This document shows positions 42,503-50,943 of a stretch of 64,000 bases of DNA, piece after piece. The notes beneath the pieces are model-generated. The model ran no database searches. It was not told where the DNA came from and was given only the letters and a program-made list of their open reading frames with translations. Within the stretch, counting starts at the first letter, position 1. Each line of letters begins with the position of its first letter. Source of the DNA: Nitrospinales bacterium (GTDB lineage: Bacteria > Nitrospinota > Nitrospinia > Nitrospinales > VA-1); NCBI GenBank assembly GCA_965223345.1, contig CBDCWG010000012.1, positions 2,944,001-3,008,000 on the forward strand. The letters run 5' to 3'. A program made the translations under genes and the position numbers.

Positions 42503-43582
42503 ATGTTTCGGCAATGGGCGGGATCCACGCAAGCGGGAGCGGACCGGCTGTTTCGCAAGCACCCCCTGGAGCTGACCGCTCTGCTGGAGCGGGGATGGAA
42601 TCACGCGATCGCAGATGCCGGCAACCGGGAATATCTCCTCAACCGGGGCCGCATTCAGGGACTGCCCGCTCACTGGATCGAGCGGATCGAGTCCGGGCCG
42701 GGCAAAACAACTCCCGGCAGCGGCGACAACGCGCCGCCCGTCCTCTGGGACCACCTGATCTACGCCTTCATGATCGAAAACACCGGCGTCTATGAAGTGT
42801 TCCGGCGGGTGCTGCACGCCTACCTGTATGGGGAGGAACTGGGGACGCCGCTCGAGGAAGCCTGCGACTGGCTGCGCAACACGGAGGCGCTGTTTTACCA
42901 GAACGCCCCGCCTTTTTTCATCCATTCGCTGACCAGCACGCTGCGCCCGAGCCTGTGCGCCACCCGGCGCGGGGCGTACTACCGCATGTTCGGTCTGGAG
43001 TTGAGCTTTCCCGAAGACCCCTCCCCCGCTTACATCAAAGCCAAGGCGGCCAACCGGAATTTCAGCTTCACCTTCGAGGAATTTCTGCGGGAAGTGTGGG
43101 TGGGGATCAACGAATCGCAGGAAAATGAAGACCGTCAAACCAACGACCGCAAGATCGCGGCTCTGGCAACCAAGCTGCACGCCCTGCTGACCCAGCGCCG
43201 GCGGGCGGGCAATCTGGCGCGGGAGGAGCACTTCTTCGTGTCGATGCTGTCCTGGTTTCACCTGACGCTGGAGTACGACTCCCCGATCGTCCGCTCTCTC
43301 GGTGCGGAAGAAACCAGTCCGGGCCGGCGGCTTAAGAATATCGCCAAGCGGGTCGGCGTGCAGGCGCACCCGCTGGCGGCGGATTTTTTCGACATCGCGG
43401 ACGCGATCTCAAGAATCCTGCTGCAGATCGAAACCGGGATCTACAACGAGGCCGGCGCGGCACCGGCCCTCTACACGCCGGTCGAGGGCGGCGGCCCCGA
43501 GCAGGACATCCGCAAGATCATCACGCACTGGTCGATCACCCACCTGCACGCCCTCAAATTCGACGAAGTTGCGGCGAACTAG
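42503..43582 (+). CDS. Hypothetical protein (359 aa), globular-looking
   Basis: WDHLIYAFMIENTG, WLRNTEALF, RRGAYYRMFG, SWFHLT; GGAG RBS; no family assigned. Confidence 0.8.
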   Translation: MFRQWAGSTQAGADRLFRKHPLELTALLERGWNHAIADAGNREYLLNRGRIQGLPAHWIERIESGPGKTTPGSGDNAPPVLWDHLIYAFMIENTGVYEVFRRVLHAYLYGEELGTPLEEACDWLRNTEALFYQNAPPFFIHSLTSTLRPSLCATRRGAYYRMFGLELSFPEDPSPAYIKAKAANRNFSFTFEEFLREVWVGINESQENEDRQTNDRKIAALATKLHALLTQRRRAGNLAREEHFFVSMLSWFHLTLEYDSPIVRSLGAEETSPGRRLKNIAKRVGVQAHPLAADFFDIADAISRILLQIETGIYNEAGAAPALYTPVEGGGPEQDIRKIITHWSITHLHALKFDEVAAN

Positions 43583-43589
43583 CCGGTCC

Positions 43590-44180
43590 TCAGCTTTTCT
43601 TCTTATCGAGCTTGGTGATCTTGGAACCTTCCAGGGTCAGGTTGTACATGAGCCCCTGCTGCCCGAACACGAAGGCCACGATCGGGTCCTTGACGTTGAC
43701 CGTATCGAGCGAATCTCCGAGGCCGACCTTGATCAGCGCCACCGAGCCATCGACGCCGACCTTCCAGCCCTCGCTGGTGCGGAAATTTTTCAGGGCGTCG
43801 TCTTCCATGAACACCAGCAGCACGGTTTTCGCCTGCGCTCCCAGTTGAAAGCCGAAGGAGGCCGCCACCGTGTTGTAGTAATCGACGGTCTTTCCGTTGA
43901 TGCGCAGCGCGCCTTCCCCGTATTCCCCGCCGATGCCGATGCCGGCCTTGATGACGGTGGGAAACACCAGCACGCCTTTCGCCCCTTTCAGAAAGGCTTC
44001 GCTGCCCTTGACCTCTTTGTGAAATTTCGTCAATGCCTCATTGACTTCCGTGTCGATTTCCTCGGCGGTTTTGGCAAAGGCGGTGCCGGTCAGAAAAGCC
44101 GACAGCAGCAATGCGGTCAGGGAAGGGAAAATCAGGAACAGGGGGGATACGGTCCACTTCAGAAACGGTGTTTTTTTCAT
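43590..44180 (-). CDS. YSC84/SYLF lipid-binding family exported protein
   Basis: AKGVLVFP, GIGGEYGEG, SFGFQLGAQ, GLMYNLTLEGSKI. Confidence 0.9.
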   Translation of the reverse strand: MKKTPFLKWTVSPLFLIFPSLTALLLSAFLTGTAFAKTAEEIDTEVNEALTKFHKEVKGSEAFLKGAKGVLVFPTVIKAGIGIGGEYGEGALRINGKTVDYYNTVAASFGFQLGAQAKTVLLVFMEDDALKNFRTSEGWKVGVDGSVALIKVGLGDSLDTVNVKDPIVAFVFGQQGLMYNLTLEGSKITKLDKKKS

Positions 44181-44598
44181 ACGGATGGTCTCCTCAACGA
44201 TTCAAACGCGATCGGCAACACGCCGACGGCACACTCAGGCCCTTTTCAAAAGACCCGCAACGAATAAAAGCGCCACGGCCGCGGCCGCGGGGGTCATCAT
44301 CAGCGGTTTAACAACCTCCGGCGGAACTCCCGGGAAGCTGAAAAGCATGCTTCCGAGGGGTCAACCGTGGGCCCGTTTTTTCCCTCAGCTTACACCGGAA
44401 ATGGAATTTTCCATAATGAATCGCTAAAAGAGTCCTTTTTTTAAAAAATTACCTAAAACGCCCTGAATTCGGAAAAAGTGGAGTGTGCAGCCCCCGCGCA
44501 TGCGCATGATTTCTCTTGCTAAACGGTGGAAAACAACCACGCGGTCGTCACAGCGGGTGCGGAGGTGCTGCTGATCCAGACGTCTGGAAAGCAGACAG

Positions 44599-44633
44599 AA
44601 AAACCCGGCGGGTCGGACGTCCGCCGGGTTTTT
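44599..44633 (-). terminator. Terminator downstream of csgG
   Basis: AAAAACCCGGCGG...CCGCCGGGTTTTT inverted repeat. Confidence 0.75.
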
Positions 44634-44666
44634 CCAGGATGGGTGAAGACGCAGTGGTGCGGGTGC

Positions 44667-45827
44667 TCAGGGGGAGCGGACCGATTGCCCCACTTGCTTG
44701 ATGGCCTTGTATTTTCGGGGGATGGATTTTGAGGCAGGCTGCGTGACTTTGGCCCGGCGCGTCACTTTTCTCAGGTACTGCCCCTGGTTGCCGGTGGTGA
44801 CCTTCTTCACCACAGTCTGCGGTTTCAGCTGGCCGTCCAGTTTGGCCTGCTCGGCGTTTTCCCGTTCTTCCTGCTCTTCCAGTTCCTTGCGGCGCTTGAG
44901 CGCGACGATGTTGCCGTTGTCATCGAATTCCGCCACCAGTTCCTCGTCCTTTTCCTTGAGGTATTTGTCGAGGTAGGGTTTGACGAGCGCGACGTCCTCG
45001 AAATTCCACAGGTTGCTGGTGATCCCTTCCATGACCAGGCTGTACACGCCCTTCTCGATGGCCTCCATGACCGCCATCTGCGGCGGTTCGTTGGTGGTGA
45101 TGCCGACCTCCGCTTCCAGCAGGCGGTTGAGCTCGACGAAGCGGAAGAACGTGCCGTCGAGGCTGGCGGAAAAGATGGTCTTGCTGGTGTGCACCGTGTG
45201 CAGGACTTTTCCCCTTTTCACGGAAACGGCGCGCAGAAAGATGCTCACGGTGTCGCGGCGGAATTCGGTGGAGCCACCCGCGCCGAAGTAGCGCGCTCCC
45301 AGCCCTCCGGTCAACAGGTTGGTCTCGTAGGCGATGACGCCGCCTTCCAGCATGATGGGGGCGTACAACAGCGGCGGCAGCGAGGGCGGTGCGCTGCCGA
45401 CCTTTTCGCCTTTATCTTTTTTGCGGCTGTACTGCTTGCGCGTCTGCCGGATGATCTTGCGTTCGTTCAGCAGGTTGTTGAGGCCTTCCCGCTCCAGAAC
45501 CGTGAACCATTTGCCGCCGCCTGCATCCTGCAGGGCTTTGATCAGCATGGAGGTGGCTCCCTGGGTGACGGCGGTGGAATACTGCAGCACCGTGTCGCTG
45601 GATTTGTACTGGCCGGTCTGGTCGCGGAATTTGTAGACCACGATCACGACCGGCTCCTTGGGAGGCGGCAGGGACACGAGGTCTTCGTAGACCTGTGATT
45701 TGTACCCCACGATGGCTTTTCCGGAACGCACGGGCTGAAAGAACGTCGAGCAGGCCGGCAGCACCAGGCTCAACGTCAAAACCAGAACCACAAATGTTCG
45801 AACGTTTTTCCCTCTTCCTGTCCGCAT
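44667..45827 (-). CDS. csgG: Curli secretion channel lipoprotein CsgG
   Basis: LPAC lipobox; YKFRDQTGQYK...STAVTQGA, WFTVLEREGLNNLLNERKIIR, EGGVIAYE, GGLGARYFG, NEP. Confidence 0.95.
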   Translation of the reverse strand: MRTGRGKNVRTFVVLVLTLSLVLPACSTFFQPVRSGKAIVGYKSQVYEDLVSLPPPKEPVVIVVYKFRDQTGQYKSSDTVLQYSTAVTQGATSMLIKALQDAGGGKWFTVLEREGLNNLLNERKIIRQTRKQYSRKKDKGEKVGSAPPSLPPLLYAPIMLEGGVIAYETNLLTGGLGARYFGAGGSTEFRRDTVSIFLRAVSVKRGKVLHTVHTSKTIFSASLDGTFFRFVELNRLLEAEVGITTNEPPQMAVMEAIEKGVYSLVMEGITSNLWNFEDVALVKPYLDKYLKEKDEELVAEFDDNGNIVALKRRKELEEQEERENAEQAKLDGQLKPQTVVKKVTTGNQGQYLRKVTRRAKVTQPASKSIPRKYKAIKQVGQSVRSP

Positions 45828-46003
45828 CTCCCCCCCATTCTAGAAAAAGAAAATCACATCTTTGCTGCGACCGGGATTCCGGCTTCCCGGCCTTGCATCA
45901 TCCCATCCCAATCGGGCGGCCAATCACCGGCCCCGAACAACCCGGCCGGACATCCAGGTGTTCGAGACCGGAATCAGCGCTCCTCCTCCATTGATACCCA
46001 CCG

Positions 46004-46414
46004 TCAAAACGTGGGCACCAGAACGGTCGTGGCGTCTCCGGTGTTCTGATCGACGACCGAAATGGAAACGTCTCCGCCGTTGTCCTGCACAGAAAGCTTG
46101 AAATTGCCGATGTCGAAATCTCCGGTGGGAACGCCGTCTTCATCGCCGAAAATCCCGTCCACGATTTCATTGGAGAGCCGGTTCAGAATGGACCGGTTCA
46201 GCCGGTCCTCGAAATCCTCCAGCACCGATTCCTCCTGCGTCGCCTCTTCGAACTCGTTCTGCGCGGTGGCCTGGCTCAGCAGGGGCGCCGCGTTGAACGG
46301 ATTGCCGCCGAAGGTGGGATTGTCGAACCGGTGGGAAATTTCCGAGGCGTCGGTGACCGCCGCCCCGAAGCCGAACAAAAGACACACACTTGCGAAAAGC
46401 ATGGTTTTTTTCAT
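46004..46414 (-). CDS. csgF: Curli assembly factor CsgF
   Basis: Signal peptide then FDNPTFGGNPFN..LLSQATAQN (E. coli: FRNPNFGGNPNN...AQAQN); DQNTGDAT. Confidence 0.93.
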   Translation of the reverse strand: MKKTMLFASVCLLFGFGAAVTDASEISHRFDNPTFGGNPFNAAPLLSQATAQNEFEEATQEESVLEDFEDRLNRSILNRLSNEIVDGIFGDEDGVPTGDFDIGNFKLSVQDNGGDVSISVVDQNTGDATTVLVPTF

Positions 46415-46426
46415 TTGAACCACCTT

Positions 46427-46909
46427 TCAATACATTTCCAGTTCCTGGATCAGATCCAGTCGCCGCTTGATAAATCTGTAGGTCACGCGAACTCCGGCGA
46501 CTGCAGCCGCCTCGACTTCGTCCGACCGGGGCTTCACATTGCGCTTGAAGATCAGCCGCTCGTTCACGCTGACAAAGATGATGTTGCCGATACGGGGCTC
46601 CGCGAGTTCCTTCAATGTGATCGTGTAATTCCCCGGCAGCGGCTCCCAGTGATTGGTGAAGAAATAATAAAAATCGCCGCCGACTTTTGTTTTGGTTTCA
46701 TCGACGATCAGGCCGCTGATGCCGAAGGCGTCCTCTTCATCCGGCTCTTCCGCCTCGCTCTCGTTCTCGAGCGTGGCGTCGTCTTCCTCGATAGCCGGAT
46801 TCGACGCCGAAGAAGACGGGTTGTCGTAAGAGGAGCTCATTTCTGCAAATCCTGCCAGCAAGCAAAACAAGAAAAACACCAGATAGATTCTCCAACCGAT
46901 TGCCGGCAT
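46427..46909 (-). CDS. csgE: Curli assembly factor CsgE
   Basis: GLIVDETKTKVGGDFY..F...W, ITLKE, G..I.V.VN; upstream of csgF. Confidence 0.88.
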   Translation of the reverse strand: MPAIGWRIYLVFFLFCLLAGFAEMSSSYDNPSSSASNPAIEEDDATLENESEAEEPDEEDAFGISGLIVDETKTKVGGDFYYFFTNHWEPLPGNYTITLKELAEPRIGNIIFVSVNERLIFKRNVKPRSDEVEAAAVAGVRVTYRFIKRRLDLIQELEMY

Positions 46910-47056
46910 CCCGTCTCTCCCCTGCCCGCGATTCCTCAGATTCCGCATTCCGATCGTGCCCCTTTTTACTGCGTCTTGAAACGATGCGGGACCGGGCTTC
47001 CCTGCCCGGCCCCGATGCTTCCCCTTCCAGCGATCGATTCACACAAGGTGAACCGG

Positions 47057-48844
47057 TCAGTTGGAACCGATGACCACTGCCACGTTGCCGTTGCCGGGCT
47101 GATTGATGGTTGCGGTTTGCCCCGCGAAGCCCGCCTGATCGATCGTGGCGCTGTTCAAGTTACCGGACTGGTTGATTTCAGCGGAATTATCGAAACCGCC
47201 GTCCTGATCGATCAATGCATTGTTGTTGTTGCCGCCCTGGTCGATGAAGGCGTGGTTCAATGCACTACCAAAACCCTGCTGAATTTCCGCGGTGTTGTCA
47301 TCGCCATGCTGATCGATTCCGGCATCGTTGCCACCGGAAGCAAAGTCCTGAAAGATGATGGCGCTGTTGCGGTCGCCGGACTGATCGACCCAGGCTTCGT
47401 TGTCAACCGAAGCCACGACCTGACTGATCAGCGCATCATTGTTGTCACCAGACTGATCGATTTCCGCACTGTTACCTGCGGAAGCAAACGTCTGATCGAT
47501 GATGGCAGAGTTGTCATCTCCGGATTGATCGATGCTCGCGTCGTTGGCGGCGGAAGCCAGGGTTTGATTGATCAAGGCGAAATTATCGTCGCCGGATTGA
47601 TCGACATGAGCGTTGTTAAGTGCGGATGCTGCACTTTGATTGATGAAAGCGATATTGTCGTCGCCGGACTGATTGATGGACGCCTCATTTAAAATGGAGG
47701 CCTCCTGCTGATCGATGTCGGCGAGGTTTCTGTTTCCGCTCTGATGGATGGAGGCGGTGTTGTCCTCGGAGCCCAAGTTCTGGCGGATCTCGGCTGTGTT
47801 GTCATTGCCGTCCTGGCCGATTTCCGCGGAATTGAAAGTAGAACGCGGGGTCTGGATGATCCGCGCGGTGTTGTCGTTACCGGACTGGTCGATCCAGGCT
47901 TCATTGTCGGTTACGCCGTCCTGATCGATGAACGCCCGGTTGCGGTTTCCAGACTGATCGACATGGGCTTCATTTCTGGCAGATCCGAGTCCCTGCTGGA
48001 TCCGGGCGTTGTTGCGGTTCCCTTCCTGATCGACGGACGCTTCATTGTCTTCCGACCGGAGATCCTGGAAAATTCTCGCTTCGTTGTTGTTTCCGCCTTG
48101 GCGAATGCGTGCGTTGTTGTCTCTGGATCCGTCATTCTGGAAAATCCGCGCAAAATTGCGATTTCCCGGTTGCCGGATCACGCCTCTGTTGTCGGTGCTG
48201 GCTGAGTTCTGCAATACAGCCGCATCGTTGCGGTTGCCCTGCTGGTTGATGATGCCTTCATTGTCCTCCTGACCGCTCTGATCGATCAGAGCGGTGTTGT
48301 CGTTGCCGCCCTGCCGGATCGTCGCGTCGTTGTCTTCAGCGCTGTCCTGATCGATGAACGCAGAGTTTTCATTGCCGCTCTGACGGATGAAGGCCTCGTT
48401 GTCAAAGGAACCTTCTCCCTGATCGATGAACGCTTCGTTGTCGTTGCCCGGCTGACGGATCTCGGCGCTGTTGTCTTCGGAACCGAAATCCTGCCGGATG
48501 CGGGCTTCGTTATCATCGCCGCGCTGGTTGATGAGTGCCTCATTGTCCGTCGATCCAAACTGCTGCAGGATCGTGGCCTCGTTGTCGTCGCCACGCTGCC
48601 GGATGGTGGCGTCGTTGTCGTTCGCTGTATTGTTTTGCGTGATGGTGGCGTCGTTGTCGTCGCCGGGCTGGTCCACGGTGGCGTCATTGCCGTCACTGCC
48701 TGCCGCCGGCGGCGCCTGGTTCACGTTCGCCGTGTTGTTATTCCCGTCCTGATCGATGTCCGAGGTGTTGACGGCAAATGCCTGTCCGGTGGCGAACAGG
48801 GACGCTATCAATGCAATTATCAATATCCATACTTTCGGTCTCAT
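47057..48844 (-). CDS. csgA: Long curlin (CsgA-like major subunit), 24 repeats
   Basis: Sec signal ending AFA, then 24 repeats of NxAxIxQxGxxNxAxIxQ at mostly 23-24 aa period; AGGAG RBS. Confidence 0.9.
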   Translation of the reverse strand: MRPKVWILIIALIASLFATGQAFAVNTSDIDQDGNNNTANVNQAPPAAGSDGNDATVDQPGDDNDATITQNNTANDNDATIRQRGDDNEATILQQFGSTDNEALINQRGDDNEARIRQDFGSEDNSAEIRQPGNDNEAFIDQGEGSFDNEAFIRQSGNENSAFIDQDSAEDNDATIRQGGNDNTALIDQSGQEDNEGIINQQGNRNDAAVLQNSASTDNRGVIRQPGNRNFARIFQNDGSRDNNARIRQGGNNNEARIFQDLRSEDNEASVDQEGNRNNARIQQGLGSARNEAHVDQSGNRNRAFIDQDGVTDNEAWIDQSGNDNTARIIQTPRSTFNSAEIGQDGNDNTAEIRQNLGSEDNTASIHQSGNRNLADIDQQEASILNEASINQSGDDNIAFINQSAASALNNAHVDQSGDDNFALINQTLASAANDASIDQSGDDNSAIIDQTFASAGNSAEIDQSGDNNDALISQVVASVDNEAWVDQSGDRNSAIIFQDFASGGNDAGIDQHGDDNTAEIQQGFGSALNHAFIDQGGNNNNALIDQDGGFDNSAEINQSGNLNSATIDQAGFAGQTATINQPGNGNVAVVIGSN

Positions 48845-48908
48845 GTGAGTTCTCCTCCTGCTGAGTTGAAAAAATGATTCCCTGCGGAATCCCTGATAAT
48901 GCGAAACC

Positions 48909-49532
48909 TCAATTCTGAAACACGTTCGCCGTGTTGCCGTTGCCGCTTTGCGTGATGGTGGCCCGAGAACCGCTGGCGCCGTTCTGGTTGATCAGAGCCG
49001 TGTTGCCGTCGCCGGATTGAAAAATGCTGGCGGAACTGGAAACCGCGCCGTTCTGCAGTATGGAAGCGTCGTTGCCGCTGCCGGACTGGTCGATGAGGGC
49101 GAAGCTGTCTTGCGCGCCGTTCTGGGAAATGGAGGCGACGTTGTCGTCGCCGGACTGGACGATGGACGCGATGTTGCCGATCGCGCCGTCGCTCTGAAAG
49201 ATGAACGCTTCGTTGAAATCGCCGGATTGATCGATGGTCGCGTCGTTGCCTTCGGACGCGGACTGCTCGATCTCCGCCAGATTGTTGTTGCCGGATTGAT
49301 CGACGGAGGCAACGTTGAAAGCCGCGCCATCCGCCTGGATGATGGTGGCTTCGTTTTCATTGCCCGACTGATCGAACAGGGCGGTCAGGTTGTCTCCGGC
49401 CTGCTCGATGTTGGCGAGGTTGTCCTCGCCGTCCTGCACGATGTCGAGGACATTCTGCGCAGCCGCAGGCGGAACGGCCTGAAACACCCAATACGCCATC
49501 ACGGCTGTCATGAATCCCGAAACCCTGCCCAT
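48909..49532 (-). CDS. Curlin-repeat protein, 8 repeats
   Basis: Signal ending AAA; repeats QSG(D/N)xNxAxIxQ; AGGAGG RBS before ATG 49532. Confidence 0.88.
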   Translation of the reverse strand: MGRVSGFMTAVMAYWVFQAVPPAAAQNVLDIVQDGEDNLANIEQAGDNLTALFDQSGNENEATIIQADGAAFNVASVDQSGNNNLAEIEQSASEGNDATIDQSGDFNEAFIFQSDGAIGNIASIVQSGDDNVASISQNGAQDSFALIDQSGSGNDASILQNGAVSSSASIFQSGDGNTALINQNGASGSRATITQSGNGNTANVFQN

Positions 49533-49584
49533 GCCCGCACCTCCTGTCGTTACGATGAAATCGAATCCCCGCTGCTGAATGCCC

Positions 49585-50457
49585 TCAAGGTTGAATCTGA
49601 ATCCCGCCGAATCCCGGAGAGACGGTGATGCCGAACGCATCCTGAGTGATGCTGGCGTCCAGCCCGTTGCCGTCCTGGATCACGCTGAACCCCAGACCGT
49701 CGCCGCTCTGGCTCTGCGCGATGCTGTTGTTGTTGCCGATCTGCACGGCTTCGAGAAAGTTGCCGTCGCCGGCCTGTGACTGACTGATGCTGTTGCCGCT
49801 GCCGATCTGGGTTCCCAGGGCAACATTGCCGGAGCCGCTCTGAAACTGTTCCAGCAGGTTGTCCTCGCCCTGTTGCCGGGCGACCACCGAATTCAAAAAT
49901 CCCTGCTGGTTCAGGTCGTAGATGTTGCCGCCGCCGTTCTGAATGGCGACGGCGCTGTTTTCGGTGCCGTTCTGGATCAACCCGGCCTGGTTGGCGAAGC
50001 CGTCCTGAACGGCAAACACCTCGTTGTCCAGCCCGGACTGGCTGAGTTCGAATTCGTTGTCTTCACCGGTCTGCTGCAGATCGAGCCGGTGCCCGTCGCC
50101 CGACTGCTCCACATCCGCCCGGTTTTCGGTTCCCCGCTGCACCGCCTCGCTGCGATTCGCATCGCCGTCCTGCAGGATTTCGAACGCGTTGCCGTCGCCG
50201 CCCTGAAACAGCCGCACCTCGTTGAAGTCTTCCATCTGCTCGATGGAGGAAAGCCCGGCGTTTCCCTGCTGCTCGACCAACACCGTTCCGCCTCTGCCGT
50301 TCTGCTGCACCGCATTCTCGTTGGCGGCAAAGGAAGGGGGAGGCCCGAAACCCGGGCCTCCGGCAATCAGAATGGTGAACAAAATCAGGGTAACCACGAT
50401 CGGAAGTAGTGCTTCGAGGCGAAAGGGAGGGGACCATTTTTTGAAAAACCGATTCAT
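49585..50457 (-). CDS. Curlin-repeat protein, about 10 regular 22-aa repeats (CsgB-like candidate)
   Basis: Long hydrophobic N-terminus; Q-x-G-x-x-N units every 11 aa. Confidence 0.82.
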   Translation of the reverse strand: MNRFFKKWSPPFRLEALLPIVVTLILFTILIAGGPGFGPPPSFAANENAVQQNGRGGTVLVEQQGNAGLSSIEQMEDFNEVRLFQGGDGNAFEILQDGDANRSEAVQRGTENRADVEQSGDGHRLDLQQTGEDNEFELSQSGLDNEVFAVQDGFANQAGLIQNGTENSAVAIQNGGGNIYDLNQQGFLNSVVARQQGEDNLLEQFQSGSGNVALGTQIGSGNSISQSQAGDGNFLEAVQIGNNNSIAQSQSGDGLGFSVIQDGNGLDASITQDAFGITVSPGFGGIQIQP

Positions 50458-50696
50458 GCCAAACACCTTTTCATTGCCCTTTTGTTCCGGTGATCTCCCC
50501 GCAGGGGTGACCTCCCCTGTCTGGGCCGCTGACCGTTTGAAGTGTGTTTTTTCAAACCCTTTTCCGGCAAAGGGGGCTTGTCGAAAGAAGAGGGAAATGA
50601 ATTCTGAGGAGCCCTATTCGATGCGGCTCCATACGTATTCCGCAAACGCCACGTCATGCGGAATGGGTGGGTTATAAAACACTGCCCCGGAGCTGT

Positions 50697-50718
50697 ATAT
50701 AGTTCGATGGAACTATAT
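50697..50718. promoter_or_regulatory. Palindromic operator candidate upstream of the curlin genes
   Basis: ATATAGTTC-GATG-GAACTATAT, perfect 9-bp inverted repeat. Confidence 0.55.
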
Positions 50719-50788
50719 TGTTATGGATATAGATTCCAGTATCTTAGATATAAATTTATATAAAATTTATCGAGATAAGGATTTTTGC

Positions 50789-50810
50789 AAATGTGACGCG
50801 TGTCACATTT
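50789..50810. promoter_or_regulatory. Consensus CRP-type binding site
   Basis: AAATGTGA-CGCGTG-TCACATTT matches all 16 non-spacer positions of the E. coli CRP consensus. Confidence 0.8.
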
Positions 50811-50943
50811 CTCCCCTCTTCCCTTTCTTCAAAAAGCAGGGTTTTTGGTTGTGGGAATTTGATGCGCGAATTTCTTAAATCGAAAATTTGCAAAGAAGAA
50901 AAATGGAAGGAAGAATGTTTTCTCTGCCAGGGACCGCGCGGGA

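Noticed and set aside
44270..44380. Fluoride-riboswitch-like words (AAACCGC, TGATGA) on the minus strand
   Set aside because: No GGCGATGG..TCGCC P1 element, and the downstream gene is unrelated; a covariance-model search would settle it
47057..50457. Recurrent DNA motifs (e.g. CTGATCGAT) as a possible CRISPR or tandem array
   Set aside because: They are codons of curlin protein repeats, with no invariant repeat and unique spacer structure
50655..50700. ACTGCCCCGGAGCTGT resembling a cobalamin riboswitch core
   Set aside because: Other conserved elements are missing and it points away from the curlin genes
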